From a virus, in IMG/VR virus record IMGVR_UViG_3300017694_000005, positions 1 through 44,089 of that record: 44,089 nt of DNA; one strand, given 5' to 3'. The notes under the pieces were generated by a model. It did not search any database and was not told the DNA's origin. It worked only from the letters and a program-made list of their open reading frames with translations. Positions 8,071-18,265 of this stretch are shown here, one piece after another. The translations under genes and the position numbers were made by a program. The first letter of the stretch is position 1. Each line of letters starts with the position of its first letter.

Positions 8071-9585
8071 ATGCGATTTGCCCCTACCGCGCATGGCCGC
8101 TGGCAACAGCTTGATGGTCAACGGCGAGGGTTTATGGGCCGCTGTGAAAAGTACGCGGCCTACACCTTGCCTAAGATTTGTCTTCCCAGCGGCTTCAAGC
8201 AGAACTCTCAAGAGCTGGATCATGACTTCCAAGCTGTTGGAGCGCAAGCGGTAAACCACCTTAGCAATAAGATGGTCCTATCGCTCTTTGCTCCCTCTTC
8301 CACGTTCTTTCGCTTGGATGCTAGCGAGACGGCTAAGGAAGTCTTTACCGAACTGAATATGTCTCCCGAAGACATTGTGCCTATGCTGGCCAAGACTGAG
8401 CGAGAGGCTGTGGCCCTTCTGGATCGAAAGGCAATGCGCCCCAAGATTTACGAAGCTGTCAAGCATCTTATCGTAACCGGCAACGTCCTCCTTTGCTTGG
8501 AGGAAACCGGCGAGGCCCGAGTTATTGGGCTTAAGCGGTACGCTGTTAGGCGCAGTATGTCTGGCCGTGTGATCGAGCTTATAATTGTGGATACGGTCCT
8601 GATGGATGAGCTTGAAGACGATGTGCAGAGCTACGTCGAAAAAGAGGTCGGATACTCCGAGGACCGCAAGGTCAACCTCTACCGCTGGATCAGGTTTCGC
8701 GATGGCGATTACCACATGACCCAGTGGGTAGACCAAGTGCAGCTTCCCGAAGACTTCAACGGCAAGTGGGCCGAAGAGGATATGCCCTACCGAGTGCTTA
8801 CTTGGGACTTGGCAGACGGCGAAGACTACGGAACAGGACTGGTCGAAGACTACTCTTCTGATTTCGCTGGGCTGTCCGCTTTGTCGCAGTCACAGGTACA
8901 GGGTGCCATTCTTGCTAGCGAGTTCCGTTGGCTCGTCAATCCCGCAGGTCTAACCCGTGTGGAGGACTTTAACGAGACGCCTAACGGCAGCGCTATGCCT
9001 GGCACTGAGGGCGACATTACTCTGATTGAGAGCGGAAAATCCCGCGACCTCAACGTAGTAATTAACATGGTCTCAGAGTACGTGAACCGGATTGGCCGGG
9101 GTTTCCTTCTTGGGAGTTTGCTTGTCCGTCAGGCCGAGCGAGTTACCGCTGAGGAAATTCGGATGACCGCTAACGAACTTGAGACTGCCCTTGGTGGCGG
9201 CTACTCCCGCTTGGCTGTGGACTTTCAAGGCCCTGTCGCTCGTTGGCTGCTCAAGCTGCTTAAGGTTGAGATTGCTGATAAGTTCGAGGTTACTGTTATA
9301 ACAGGGCTGGATGCCTTGTCGAGAACTAGCGACCTTGACGACGCGAAGCTCTGGCTGCAAGACATGGCATTGGCGAACTCCTTGCCCGAACAGATGCAGA
9401 TGCGGATCAAGTGGGATCAGCTATCGTCGATCTTCGCCACTCCCCGGCGCATAGACGTATCGCGCATTTGGAAGACCGATCAGGAAATGGCCGCTGAACA
9501 ACAGGCGGCTCAGGAACAAGAGGCCATGCGAATGGCAGCGCAAGCCGGTGCAGACATTGCCGTGCAAGGCGCAGAAGGAGAATAA
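8071..9585 (+). CDS. Portal (head-tail connector) protein.
   Basis: 504 aa with RBS GTAAGGAG. Size and position (directly before scaffold and capsid) match the T7 gp8 class. Confidence 0.85.
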   Translation: MRFAPTAHGRWQQLDGQRRGFMGRCEKYAAYTLPKICLPSGFKQNSQELDHDFQAVGAQAVNHLSNKMVLSLFAPSSTFFRLDASETAKEVFTELNMSPEDIVPMLAKTEREAVALLDRKAMRPKIYEAVKHLIVTGNVLLCLEETGEARVIGLKRYAVRRSMSGRVIELIIVDTVLMDELEDDVQSYVEKEVGYSEDRKVNLYRWIRFRDGDYHMTQWVDQVQLPEDFNGKWAEEDMPYRVLTWDLADGEDYGTGLVEDYSSDFAGLSALSQSQVQGAILASEFRWLVNPAGLTRVEDFNETPNGSAMPGTEGDITLIESGKSRDLNVVINMVSEYVNRIGRGFLLGSLLVRQAERVTAEEIRMTANELETALGGGYSRLAVDFQGPVARWLLKLLKVEIADKFEVTVITGLDALSRTSDLDDAKLWLQDMALANSLPEQMQMRIKWDQLSSIFATPRRIDVSRIWKTDQEMAAEQQAAQEQEAMRMAAQAGADIAVQGAEGE

Positions 9586-9587
9586 TA

Positions 9588-10430
9588 ATGGCAGACGAGA
9601 ACACCAGCGCAGCACCAGCCTCTTTCGGCCCCGGTGCTGGCGCACCCGCCGCGCCGCAGCCTAACGCTGCCCCAGCGGCCCCTACTACCGAAGCTCAGGC
9701 CCCAGCAGCCGACACTGTAACCGCCGATGGCGGACAGGCTCCCGCTGGGGATACGCCGCCCACAGATGGCCTAGTAACGCCGCCTGAGCAGGTAACGACC
9801 GTGCTGGAAAGCACTGCCGACGAGGACGGTGCTATTACCTACGAAGCCACGGGCGATCCGGCTTTGGACGTGGCGCTGGAATACCTCGGCAAGCTGGGCT
9901 TTGCTGGGGATGACACGGCAATGGTCCGTGCAGCTACCGGCGACTTCGCTATGCTAGAGGCACAGCTTGCGGCTCTTGGCGACAAGGCGGCGGGCTGGGA
10001 ACGGATGGTCGCGTTGGCGAAATCCGCATACGCTAGCAGCGAGACTAAGCGCACCGAGCAGGTAGCGGCAGTCGAGAAGTCTATCGTGTCGGTTGTCGGC
10101 TCTAAGGAGCAGTGGCAATCTATTGTTACTTGGGCGGCTAAGACAGCCGATCCAGAGGAGAAGGCAGAAATCAATCGCATGATTGATGCTGGACCTATTC
10201 AGGCGCGGGCTGCGGCCACGCTCCTGCTTTCAGCGTACCAGAAGGCTCAGGGCACCAGTGTGCCTCCGAGGTCGGCTGTTCGTGACGCTGCCGGTGGTGT
10301 TCCCGCTTCGGGCAATGGCCCGCTTAATGCGAAGGACTACGCCACCGCTGTCCGCGATCTTAGCAACAAGCTGGGCAATCGCATGGAAGGAAGCCAAGAA
10401 TACGCTGACTTGCAGCGTCGTCTCCGTTAA
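9588..10430 (+). CDS. Capsid assembly (scaffolding) protein.
   Basis: 280 aa. Ala/Pro-rich, acidic N-terminal half and a helical C-terminal half. Located between portal and capsid. Confidence 0.8.
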   Translation: MADENTSAAPASFGPGAGAPAAPQPNAAPAAPTTEAQAPAADTVTADGGQAPAGDTPPTDGLVTPPEQVTTVLESTADEDGAITYEATGDPALDVALEYLGKLGFAGDDTAMVRAATGDFAMLEAQLAALGDKAAGWERMVALAKSAYASSETKRTEQVAAVEKSIVSVVGSKEQWQSIVTWAAKTADPEEKAEINRMIDAGPIQARAAATLLLSAYQKAQGTSVPPRSAVRDAAGGVPASGNGPLNAKDYATAVRDLSNKLGNRMEGSQEYADLQRRLR

Positions 10431-10447
10431 TTTAGAAGGAATACAAC

Positions 10448-11473
10448 ATGCCTCTTTTCGACGCTGGTAATGGTGGTGACGCGATCCCCCTGACGCAGCT
10501 TACTCGCCCCGGTCAGTTTGACCAGACGGGCAACATTAACGCTGCTGCGGTCATCGAGTACCGGGACAGCGTAGAGCACACCATTGAGCGCCGCTCTGTG
10601 CTGGCTCCTTACGTTCCGATCCGTCCGGTGCGCGGCACCAATCAGGTCGGCAACTACGGCTTCGGCAAGTCCGAACTCGGCAAGGTCGTTCCCGGCGAGG
10701 CCCCGCCCGCTACCAAGAACGACATTGGCCGCGTCGTGCTGACCATTGACACGGTGGTTTACACCCGTCACGCTCTGCCGCTGCTCGAAACCTTCCAGAC
10801 CAGCTATGACGCCCGCGTCGAGCTTGGCGTCGAGGATGGTATCGAAATGGCCAAGTTCCACGATCAGGCGTTCTTCATTCAGGCGGCTAAGGCTGCTGCG
10901 ACTACGAACTCGCCGTACTCGTCGGTTGCTGGTAAGCCCGCAGGCTTCAAGGGCGGCTCGCGAGTTACGCTGGCTGCTGCTGGCGACATTGCCGATCCGG
11001 CCAAGATTTATCAGGCTATCAGCGACCTCATGGTTCAGTTCGAGCTTAAGGACGTGCAGCCCGGTCAGGACGGCATCGTGGTTGCAGTGCGTCCCGATGT
11101 GTTCTACGCTCTGATGGGCGCAGAGCAGATCATCAACGGCACTTACATCACCGCTCGCGGCACCAAGGTGGAAGGCGCAATGATCCTCAAGGCTTTCGGT
11201 TGCCCGGTCGTTTCGACCAACAACCTGCCTAGCACGTCGATCACTGGGCACCTTCTGTCCACGACCAACAACGGCAACGCCTACGATGGCGACTTCACCA
11301 AGCTGGCTGCTGTTGCAGTTAGCCCGAAGGCGTTCCTCGCCGGTGAAACCATCCCGCTGGAAAGCGACGTATTCTACGACAAGATTTACAAGTCGTGGTT
11401 CGTTGACAGCCACCGTGCGTTCGGCGTTACGCCTGACCGTACGGAGTACGCTGGCGCTATCTGGTTGCCCTGA
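10448..11473 (+). CDS. Major capsid protein.
   Basis: 341 aa with a good RBS. Synteny: it follows the scaffold gene, and a strong terminator lies downstream. Confidence 0.9.
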   Translation: MPLFDAGNGGDAIPLTQLTRPGQFDQTGNINAAAVIEYRDSVEHTIERRSVLAPYVPIRPVRGTNQVGNYGFGKSELGKVVPGEAPPATKNDIGRVVLTIDTVVYTRHALPLLETFQTSYDARVELGVEDGIEMAKFHDQAFFIQAAKAAATTNSPYSSVAGKPAGFKGGSRVTLAAAGDIADPAKIYQAISDLMVQFELKDVQPGQDGIVVAVRPDVFYALMGAEQIINGTYITARGTKVEGAMILKAFGCPVVSTNNLPSTSITGHLLSTTNNGNAYDGDFTKLAAVAVSPKAFLAGETIPLESDVFYDKIYKSWFVDSHRAFGVTPDRTEYAGAIWLP

Positions 11474-11883
11474 TGCCTAATGCTCGCTTGAAAGGCGAGA
11501 GCGAGGATGCGGCCCGTATTCGGTATAATGCTGAAATGCGGGCCTATCGCGCTCAACGCAAGGCACAAGGTCGTCCACTCAAGGAAGGCACCTATGACTA
11601 CGCAAGTTGTCGTGAGGCCAGCCTAAAGCGGAAGTATGGCATTACTCCCGAGCAAGCCCAAGCTCTGTACGACCAGCAGGAGGGCAAGTGCGCTATATGC
11701 GACAAGCCCGTCTCGCTTGACAATAGAGACAAGCCGAAGTCGGAACATAGTGCTATTGACCACTGCCACAAGACAGGCGAGGTTAGAGGCATCTTATGCT
11801 TCCACTGCAACCAAGGGATTGGGAAGTTCTATGACGACCCGGAGCGCCTGCGCAAAGCCGCGGCCTACGTTGATCGCCCGTAA
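11473..11883 (+). CDS. HNH / Endonuclease VII-family nuclease (free-standing, homing-endonuclease-like).
   Basis: 136 aa. Motifs: YGITPEQAQALYDQQEGKCAIC ... IDHCHKTGEVRGILCFHCNQGIGKF. TGATG overlap with the capsid stop. Confidence 0.85.
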   Translation: MPNARLKGESEDAARIRYNAEMRAYRAQRKAQGRPLKEGTYDYASCREASLKRKYGITPEQAQALYDQQEGKCAICDKPVSLDNRDKPKSEHSAIDHCHKTGEVRGILCFHCNQGIGKFYDDPERLRKAAAYVDRP

Positions 11884-11894
11884 GTTCTCGTCCT

Positions 11895-11930
11895 GCCCCA
11901 CTCATGCTCAGGCGTGGGTGGGGCTTTTTT
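11895..11930 (+). terminator. Rho-independent-type terminator after the capsid/HNH unit.
   Basis: The GCCCCAC (11895-11901) / GTGGGGC (11918-11924) stem is followed by TTTTTT (11925-11930). Confidence 0.7.
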
Positions 11931-11951
11931 CGTGTTTAAGGAGTACCTCAA

Positions 11952-12557
11952 GTGCTAACCCGGCTTGACGTTGTAAATGAAATGCTGGCTACGCTTGGCG
12001 AACTTCCTATGAACTCGTTGGAAGAAGGGCACCCGCTTGCTCCGACCGCTATACGAACGCTGAGCATTGCTAACAGCCGCATACAGTCGATGAAGTGGTG
12101 GTTCAACAGGGAGTTAACCGACCTGCTTCCAGACTTGGACGGGCATATTTATCTGCCTAACGATACCTTGCAGGTTGACCCGCAGGATCAGGGGCAGAAG
12201 TACGTGCAAAGGGGCCGCAGGCTTTACAAGCCCTACGAGCCTACCCTAGAAGCCAAATTCAAGTTCGACAGGAAAGTGCGCTGCTGGCTGCTAAGAGAAG
12301 TGCCGTTTGACGACTGCCCTCCCAGTATCCAGTATCTTGTATCCTACGCCGCTCAGCTAGACTTCATGAAAGCCTATGAGGCTGACGCACAGAAGTACCA
12401 GCAAGTAGCAAGGGACTACATGGAAAGCCTCAAGGTGGCGAATGCAGAGCATACTCGCGCCCAAGGCGTAAACATGCTGGCCCGCCGCCCGATCTTTAAC
12501 AGTCGCACCACTATCGGTGCAGTAGGCATGGAGGCGGATTACTGGCCCCATCCGTAA
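11952..12557 (+). CDS. Tail tubular protein A (gp11-like).
   Basis: 201 aa with a GTG start after TAAGGAG. Synteny with T7/phiKMV tail genes. Confidence 0.8.
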   Translation: MLTRLDVVNEMLATLGELPMNSLEEGHPLAPTAIRTLSIANSRIQSMKWWFNRELTDLLPDLDGHIYLPNDTLQVDPQDQGQKYVQRGRRLYKPYEPTLEAKFKFDRKVRCWLLREVPFDDCPPSIQYLVSYAAQLDFMKAYEADAQKYQQVARDYMESLKVANAEHTRAQGVNMLARRPIFNSRTTIGAVGMEADYWPHP

Positions 12558-12566
12558 GGAGAGACT

Positions 12567-15146
12567 ATGAGCAAGGTTAGCGGAAGCTACGAAAGCGTGG
12601 TGCGCGGCGTATCGGAACAGAACGCTCAGTCGCGCCGCAGCGGGCAGCATGAAGCCCAAGTCAATATGATTAGCGACCCTGTGCGCGGCTTAGCTCGCCG
12701 CCACGGGTCTATCATGCAAGACGAAAAAGTGATCGCCGCAGAGGGGTTCGACGAGTTTGTTGGCCTTACTGCCAAGACGCGAGTGTCTCCCTTCTTTGTA
12801 GGCGGTCGCGAGTACGACGCTATTTTCAGGCCCTCGCCTGCCACGGGAAGCCCCGCTGCGCGAGCCAGCCTTATTCAGTGCTTCGACAAAGAGGCACGCA
12901 AATTTGTTCCGGTGGCCTTAGATAACAGCCCCTTGGTAGACCAGCTAGTAACAGGCGGCATATCCGCCATCGCTAACGTGGGCAGGTTCCTTTACGTCGC
13001 AGGCAAGACTGTCGTGCCTACCGTACAGCAGACTGCTAGGTGGGACAATTTCCTCAATCAGCGTATGCTGGCCGTTTGGATACGAGGCGGGGCGTACTCG
13101 CGGGAGTTCTCGATCAAGCTGGTGCGCGCGAACGGAACCACCATTGTCGGCAAGTATAAGACCAAAGCGTCTTCCTACCCGGAGTTGTTGGACACCAGCG
13201 ATATTGTGATCGGGACTGGCGATAACGCTATGAACGATTACACAAAGGCGATCAACGACCGAACCAATCTCTTCAACAGCAAGTCTACTGCATGGATCGG
13301 AGAGGCTGCTGCTGATATTACGCCGCAGAACATTGCGGCTAAGTTAGTGGCCGCCCTCGTTCAGGCTGGGGCTAGCTCTGTTGACGTGGCCCAGCGAGAC
13401 GGTTATGTCGTCGTCAATGGCGACTACGTTGAGATAGAGGCAAACGATGGCGGTGATGACAGCCTTGTCAGGTCCGTGGGCAACACCATCAAGAACTTGG
13501 ATATGGTGTCGTCTCGGCACTTCGCAGGAAAGGTGGTGAAGGTCGAACCGGAAAAGAACGCTGGCGATCCCTTCTACCTACTGGCTGTTGCCAAGGATGC
13601 AGTTAGCACGGGCTGGACCGAAGTGGTGTGGCGAGAGACCGCGGGCTTTGAAATGCGGCCAACGTCTGTATTCGCCTTCGGCACGGTGCATAACGGCACC
13701 TTCTACCTTGCGGGTTCGGCTGCTGGCTTGCAGGCCCTATCCGGTATAGACGTGCCTAACTATGAGCCGAACAAGGTGGGAGACGCAGGCTCTGCGCCGC
13801 TGCCAAACTTCTTCGGAAAGCGCATTGACTACATGGGCGTATTCCAAGATCGCCTTATTATCGGTGCGGGCGCTACGCTGATGTTTTCTAGGTCCGGCGA
13901 CTACCTTAACTGGTTTCGCAAGTCTGTGGCGACCATCAACGACGATGACCCTTGGGAAGGCTACGCGCTCGGCTCTGAGGATGACACCATTGTGCATGGT
14001 GCTATCTACGACAAGGGGCTACTGCTGTACGGAGAACGCTACCAATACTCCATAACGGGGCGTCAGGCGTTTACTCCGCAGTCGGCTAACATTTCTATTG
14101 CATCGTCCTACAAGGAGGCAGTGGAAGCAGCCCCGAAGGCTTCCGGCAACTACGTGTTCTATGCCAAGTATAGTGGGGCAGTGGGCAAGGAAATCACAAG
14201 CCTGCATCAGGTGCAGCCCGGTGCCGTGTCCGATGTTTCTGACAGCTACCCGGCTAGCCAACAGCTTGACACGTACCTTAGCGGCATCCCAGTAGAACTG
14301 CTAACTCTGGAAGCTCCGAATATCGTGCTTCTGCGGACGACCACTTCCCGAACCCGAGTGTTTACCTACAGCTACATGGACAATCCTAACAGCACCGAAC
14401 GTCTGTTCGATAGCTGGTCCTGCTGGACGTGGAACGAGGGCGTAGGCTACATCGTAGGCATGAGCGACCACAAGAGCGACATACTCGTCTACATGCTCCG
14501 AAAGAGCGTGGGAGCAGACGGTAAGGCTACGGTTTGGTACGCCGCAGAGAAGTTCGTTCGAGACGCCGACCTGTCAGACTACCCGTATTTGGACAGCTTG
14601 CGGCCTCTCAGCGCCTTCCTGAACAATTCAGGTGCTCTCAAAACTACTCTGTCTGACAACGCTCCCCTAGCTTTCGGCTTCGGGCGCGGAGGGGCCAGAA
14701 GTTTCCTTGGAAGCTCGCTGGCGAATATCGGACAGTTCCTGTCTTGGTATCCCGAAGCCAATTCGGAAAGCTGGGTGGGCTATCAGTATCCGTCCTATGT
14801 TACTCCGACTAACCCCTTCATCAGGGATCGGAATGGGCAGGCGGTGCTGGGCGGCAGGCTTACGCTAGGCAGGGTAAAGGTTGCAGTTACGAACACAGGT
14901 GGGATGACCTGCGAAGTGACAGCACGCGGCCATACTCGGCAGTCCTTGAACTTCACGGGACGAGTGCTTGGCGCTAATGAGAACCTCGTTGGAAGACAGC
15001 CGATCACTGACGCTAACTTGTCCGCCGTTATCGGTGGGGAGGTTAGGGAATGCAGCTACACACTAGCCGCAGTTAAATGGCTTCCGCTAACGATTAATGC
15101 TATAGAGTGGCAGGGTCAGTCCTTCATGAACACAAGGAGAGTTTAA
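12567..15146 (+). CDS. Tail tubular protein B (gp12-like).
   Basis: 859 aa with RBS GTAAGGAG. Call is based on size and synteny. Confidence 0.8.
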   Translation: MSKVSGSYESVVRGVSEQNAQSRRSGQHEAQVNMISDPVRGLARRHGSIMQDEKVIAAEGFDEFVGLTAKTRVSPFFVGGREYDAIFRPSPATGSPAARASLIQCFDKEARKFVPVALDNSPLVDQLVTGGISAIANVGRFLYVAGKTVVPTVQQTARWDNFLNQRMLAVWIRGGAYSREFSIKLVRANGTTIVGKYKTKASSYPELLDTSDIVIGTGDNAMNDYTKAINDRTNLFNSKSTAWIGEAAADITPQNIAAKLVAALVQAGASSVDVAQRDGYVVVNGDYVEIEANDGGDDSLVRSVGNTIKNLDMVSSRHFAGKVVKVEPEKNAGDPFYLLAVAKDAVSTGWTEVVWRETAGFEMRPTSVFAFGTVHNGTFYLAGSAAGLQALSGIDVPNYEPNKVGDAGSAPLPNFFGKRIDYMGVFQDRLIIGAGATLMFSRSGDYLNWFRKSVATINDDDPWEGYALGSEDDTIVHGAIYDKGLLLYGERYQYSITGRQAFTPQSANISIASSYKEAVEAAPKASGNYVFYAKYSGAVGKEITSLHQVQPGAVSDVSDSYPASQQLDTYLSGIPVELLTLEAPNIVLLRTTTSRTRVFTYSYMDNPNSTERLFDSWSCWTWNEGVGYIVGMSDHKSDILVYMLRKSVGADGKATVWYAAEKFVRDADLSDYPYLDSLRPLSAFLNNSGALKTTLSDNAPLAFGFGRGGARSFLGSSLANIGQFLSWYPEANSESWVGYQYPSYVTPTNPFIRDRNGQAVLGGRLTLGRVKVAVTNTGGMTCEVTARGHTRQSLNFTGRVLGANENLVGRQPITDANLSAVIGGEVRECSYTLAAVKWLPLTINAIEWQGQSFMNTRRV

Positions 15147-15973
15147 TGGCCGAAGGAGGCAAAGGCGGGCTTAGCCCCGGAGGCATTTTCAATTTCCTCG
15201 TCGCCACTGATACGGCGGCGGGGAATGCGAAGCTGGCTCGTAGCCGGAAGAAAATGCAGCTTCAACAGAACAAGCAGAGCGCAGCGGAAGCTGGCCTTGC
15301 CCGTTGGAGCCAGTCGCTCGGTAATCAAAAGCTGATGAACCGGGCTGGCGAAAACCTAGCTACCTTGACCGAGAACATCGGCAGGGTGCAGGATGCCCAG
15401 ACGCTAAATAAGGTCCAGCGAGACCTTGCCACCGCCGAACAGCTAGGAGCCGCGACTGCGGCCTTTGCTGCTGCGGGCATGGGCGGGTCTAGCGTGGAGG
15501 CGTTCAAGAGGACGCTAGTGACCACGCGGGCCATAGAGAGCGAGCTACAGAGCCGTAGCAATAAGTCTGGCAATTATCTGGCCCAGCAGCAGCGCAGCCA
15601 AGTTATTCCCGATGCGGTGGACAGCCTCAACCGGGACATAATTACGGCCCGCATAGACTTCACGGACTATGGGCCGAGCAAAGGACCGTCTCTTTTGGGC
15701 AATCTGGCGGCGCTGGGGATGGCTGCGGGGGCTGCGGCGGCTGGGGCACCCGACATCGGCAACGCGATCCTAAAGAGCCGCACAGCCGGTTTGCAGAACC
15801 GACAGGGCCAAGGCCAGCAGGCTGCGGCGACGTTTAACTCCGCACTCAGCGACTTCGGTGATGGCGTAAAGCAGCTTAAGGACACCTTCCGGTTTAGCGG
15901 GAGCAGCCCCAAGTTGCGCCCAGTAGACACGAGTAATTGGGGTGCAGACCTCACTAGCTTTATGATTAGGTAG
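15146..15973 (+). CDS. Internal virion protein A (gp14-like).
   Basis: ATG in a TAATG overlap, 8 nt after AAGGAGA. Contains a Gly/Ala-rich hydrophobic segment (LLGNLAALGMAAGAAAAGAP). Synteny supports the call. Confidence 0.65.
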   Translation: MAEGGKGGLSPGGIFNFLVATDTAAGNAKLARSRKKMQLQQNKQSAAEAGLARWSQSLGNQKLMNRAGENLATLTENIGRVQDAQTLNKVQRDLATAEQLGAATAAFAAAGMGGSSVEAFKRTLVTTRAIESELQSRSNKSGNYLAQQQRSQVIPDAVDSLNRDIITARIDFTDYGPSKGPSLLGNLAALGMAAGAAAAGAPDIGNAILKSRTAGLQNRQGQGQQAAATFNSALSDFGDGVKQLKDTFRFSGSSPKLRPVDTSNWGADLTSFMIR

Positions 15974-15983
15974 GAGACACCTT

Positions 15984-18254
15984 ATGGCCGACGGACGGCA
16001 AACTTTTCAGTTTAATGCAAGTGCGCCGGTTCAGGGCCAAGTGCAGGGCGGGGGCGGCTATCGCTCCTCCTCTGTGCAAGGTGGCGGCGTCATCGCCGAG
16101 AACCGCAACCCGGAAGTCGTGGGCGGTGTAGCGTACGCTTCGGGACTAGGCGACTATTTCGACAATCTCATGAAGCCTGCTATGGAGCGGGAAGCACGAG
16201 CACGTTTTGCCAAGGGCATGACGGACCAGATGTATGCAGCAGCAGGCGAGGAAATCCGCGCCGGTGACGGGCTGCTTACCAAGATTTTTGGCCCTACTGA
16301 CTACGAGCAGGGCGCAATGTTCTACGAGAGCCAGAACCGTATCGCTGATGCGGTAGGCGGCTGGACGGCTCGAATGGACGAGCTTAAGCGTATGCCCAAG
16401 GAGCAGGTAGCCCAAGAGTGGGCCAAGGTGATCGAGGGCGTGCAAACGGGCGATCCCCTGCTTGACGATGTAGTGACGCAGGATATGCTCAAGCAGACGG
16501 CCCCGTCCTTACAGGCGGTAGCCAAGGCTAGCTTTGCCTTTGGGCAGGAGCAAGTCGTAGCGCAGCAGCAGACATTCTTCGCAGGCAGCGCCAAGACCTT
16601 TCAGGAGCAGGGCAGGCAGTTCTTCGAGACCGCCGATCCCAACGATCCGGCTATGGCTCAGGGCTATCAGGCGGCGCGTGCTAGCTTCTTGCAGGGCTGG
16701 ATGAAGCCTCCGGGTCAGACCGACGACAGCTACCGCAAGTCCGTACTAGCCGGGTTCGCCAAGCTAGTCCGAGACGGCAATGGGCACGGTGCCACGGCGC
16801 TAATGCAGAGTGGCCTGCTCAATGCCTTGGACGCAGAAGACCGGGCCAAGCTGGAAGACCAGTACGACCGTTTCGGCAGCAAGGCAGTAGGCGAGGGCGT
16901 TATCGAGTTCATGCCGCAGGTAGACCAGCTACAGGGCGAGCTTGAGTTCGGAAAGCTGACGGGCGAGGAAGCAGTTGCTAGAATGCGGTCATTGAATGAC
17001 CTTATCAAGAAGCGGACAGGCTTCGACAGCGACTACTTCGATGCCAGCGATCAAGAGAGCGCCTTGAAGGGTGTGTGGTCGGCTAGGCGCTCTGCGCTAG
17101 AGAAGCAGGAGGAGCGACAGTTCCAATTGCAGCGTGACGAGGCCAATGCTGAGAGGCAGGAGGAGATTGAAGTACGCAAGGAAGAACGCAAGGTCGCCGC
17201 CGCTCGGGCAGCATTTGCTTCATCCAATCCCGCCGTTGCTATCGCGGCAGGGGCGGCAGACAAAGACGCCGTGCAGGCAATGGTCTACGATGCGTACAAC
17301 AAGAACGACTTTGGCGGTATGCTCCGGTCCTACAAGACTGGACTTATCAATCCCGACGTTAAGAGCGCAATCCAGAACACGGTAGCCGCCTCTGCTAACA
17401 ACGGGTATAGCCCGGAGTTTAATGGCTTGCACGCCAAGTTCGAGGGAATGCTTAAAGCAAACCCAGCAATGGCCAAGGAATACTTTGGCCCGCTGTTCCC
17501 GAACATGGTGCGGTATCGCCAACTCTTGACTAACCAGACACCGCAGGTTGCCTTCACTACGGCTTTCGGAGACAACGTAACGTATGCGGCGGATAGTGCC
17601 GAGTTGGCCGGAGGGCGTAAGGCTGTGTCGGGCTGGGTTGCTAAGCAGCAGCCGGGCTTCTTCCGCAGTATGCTTGGCGCTCCTACTCTCAATGCTTCTG
17701 CTCAGCAGTCCTTGTCTAATCTGATCGGCCGAGAGGTCGCACAGGATAGCAAGTTTGCTGGCGGCGATCTGAGCCAAGACACCCTGATTAAGGGAGCCTA
17801 TCAGCGGGCCATTAACAACGGCAGCTACGAGGCATACGGCGCTATTGGCTGGTCTAACGGCAAGCCTACGACACCGCTATACCGCTCTATGGGTATGCAG
17901 CAACAGGAAGCCGCCGAAGTTATCGAGGACATGATCGACAAGCGCCTAAAGGCTGCGGGTCATCCCGAAGGTGCGAGCGGCGCAGAATACAATATCACCC
18001 GTGGCCGATATAACGGCAAGGACACGCTTATCGTCGTCCCTGTGGGCGAAGAGGGCATGGACAGCAGCAAGGCAGCGGTAATCACCGTTGACGAGCTTGC
18101 CGCCGCTGGGCGGACGTTCAGGGCTGGAAAGGCTAAGGCGAATGCGCCATCGAAGCCTTCCCGCACGGGCAGCGGCCTTCTCGGCTACGGCGGAGCGGGT
18201 GGCGACTTCAATACGCAGAACAACCAGCGAGGCTACGGCACGCGCAACAAGTAA
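15984..18254 (+). CDS. Internal virion protein B (gp15-like).
   Basis: 756 aa. Call is based on synteny and size. Confidence 0.7.
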   Translation: MADGRQTFQFNASAPVQGQVQGGGGYRSSSVQGGGVIAENRNPEVVGGVAYASGLGDYFDNLMKPAMEREARARFAKGMTDQMYAAAGEEIRAGDGLLTKIFGPTDYEQGAMFYESQNRIADAVGGWTARMDELKRMPKEQVAQEWAKVIEGVQTGDPLLDDVVTQDMLKQTAPSLQAVAKASFAFGQEQVVAQQQTFFAGSAKTFQEQGRQFFETADPNDPAMAQGYQAARASFLQGWMKPPGQTDDSYRKSVLAGFAKLVRDGNGHGATALMQSGLLNALDAEDRAKLEDQYDRFGSKAVGEGVIEFMPQVDQLQGELEFGKLTGEEAVARMRSLNDLIKKRTGFDSDYFDASDQESALKGVWSARRSALEKQEERQFQLQRDEANAERQEEIEVRKEERKVAAARAAFASSNPAVAIAAGAADKDAVQAMVYDAYNKNDFGGMLRSYKTGLINPDVKSAIQNTVAASANNGYSPEFNGLHAKFEGMLKANPAMAKEYFGPLFPNMVRYRQLLTNQTPQVAFTTAFGDNVTYAADSAELAGGRKAVSGWVAKQQPGFFRSMLGAPTLNASAQQSLSNLIGREVAQDSKFAGGDLSQDTLIKGAYQRAINNGSYEAYGAIGWSNGKPTTPLYRSMGMQQQEAAEVIEDMIDKRLKAAGHPEGASGAEYNITRGRYNGKDTLIVVPVGEEGMDSSKAAVITVDELAAAGRTFRAGKAKANAPSKPSRTGSGLLGYGGAGGDFNTQNNQRGYGTRNK

Positions 18255-18265
18255 GGAACTGATCT

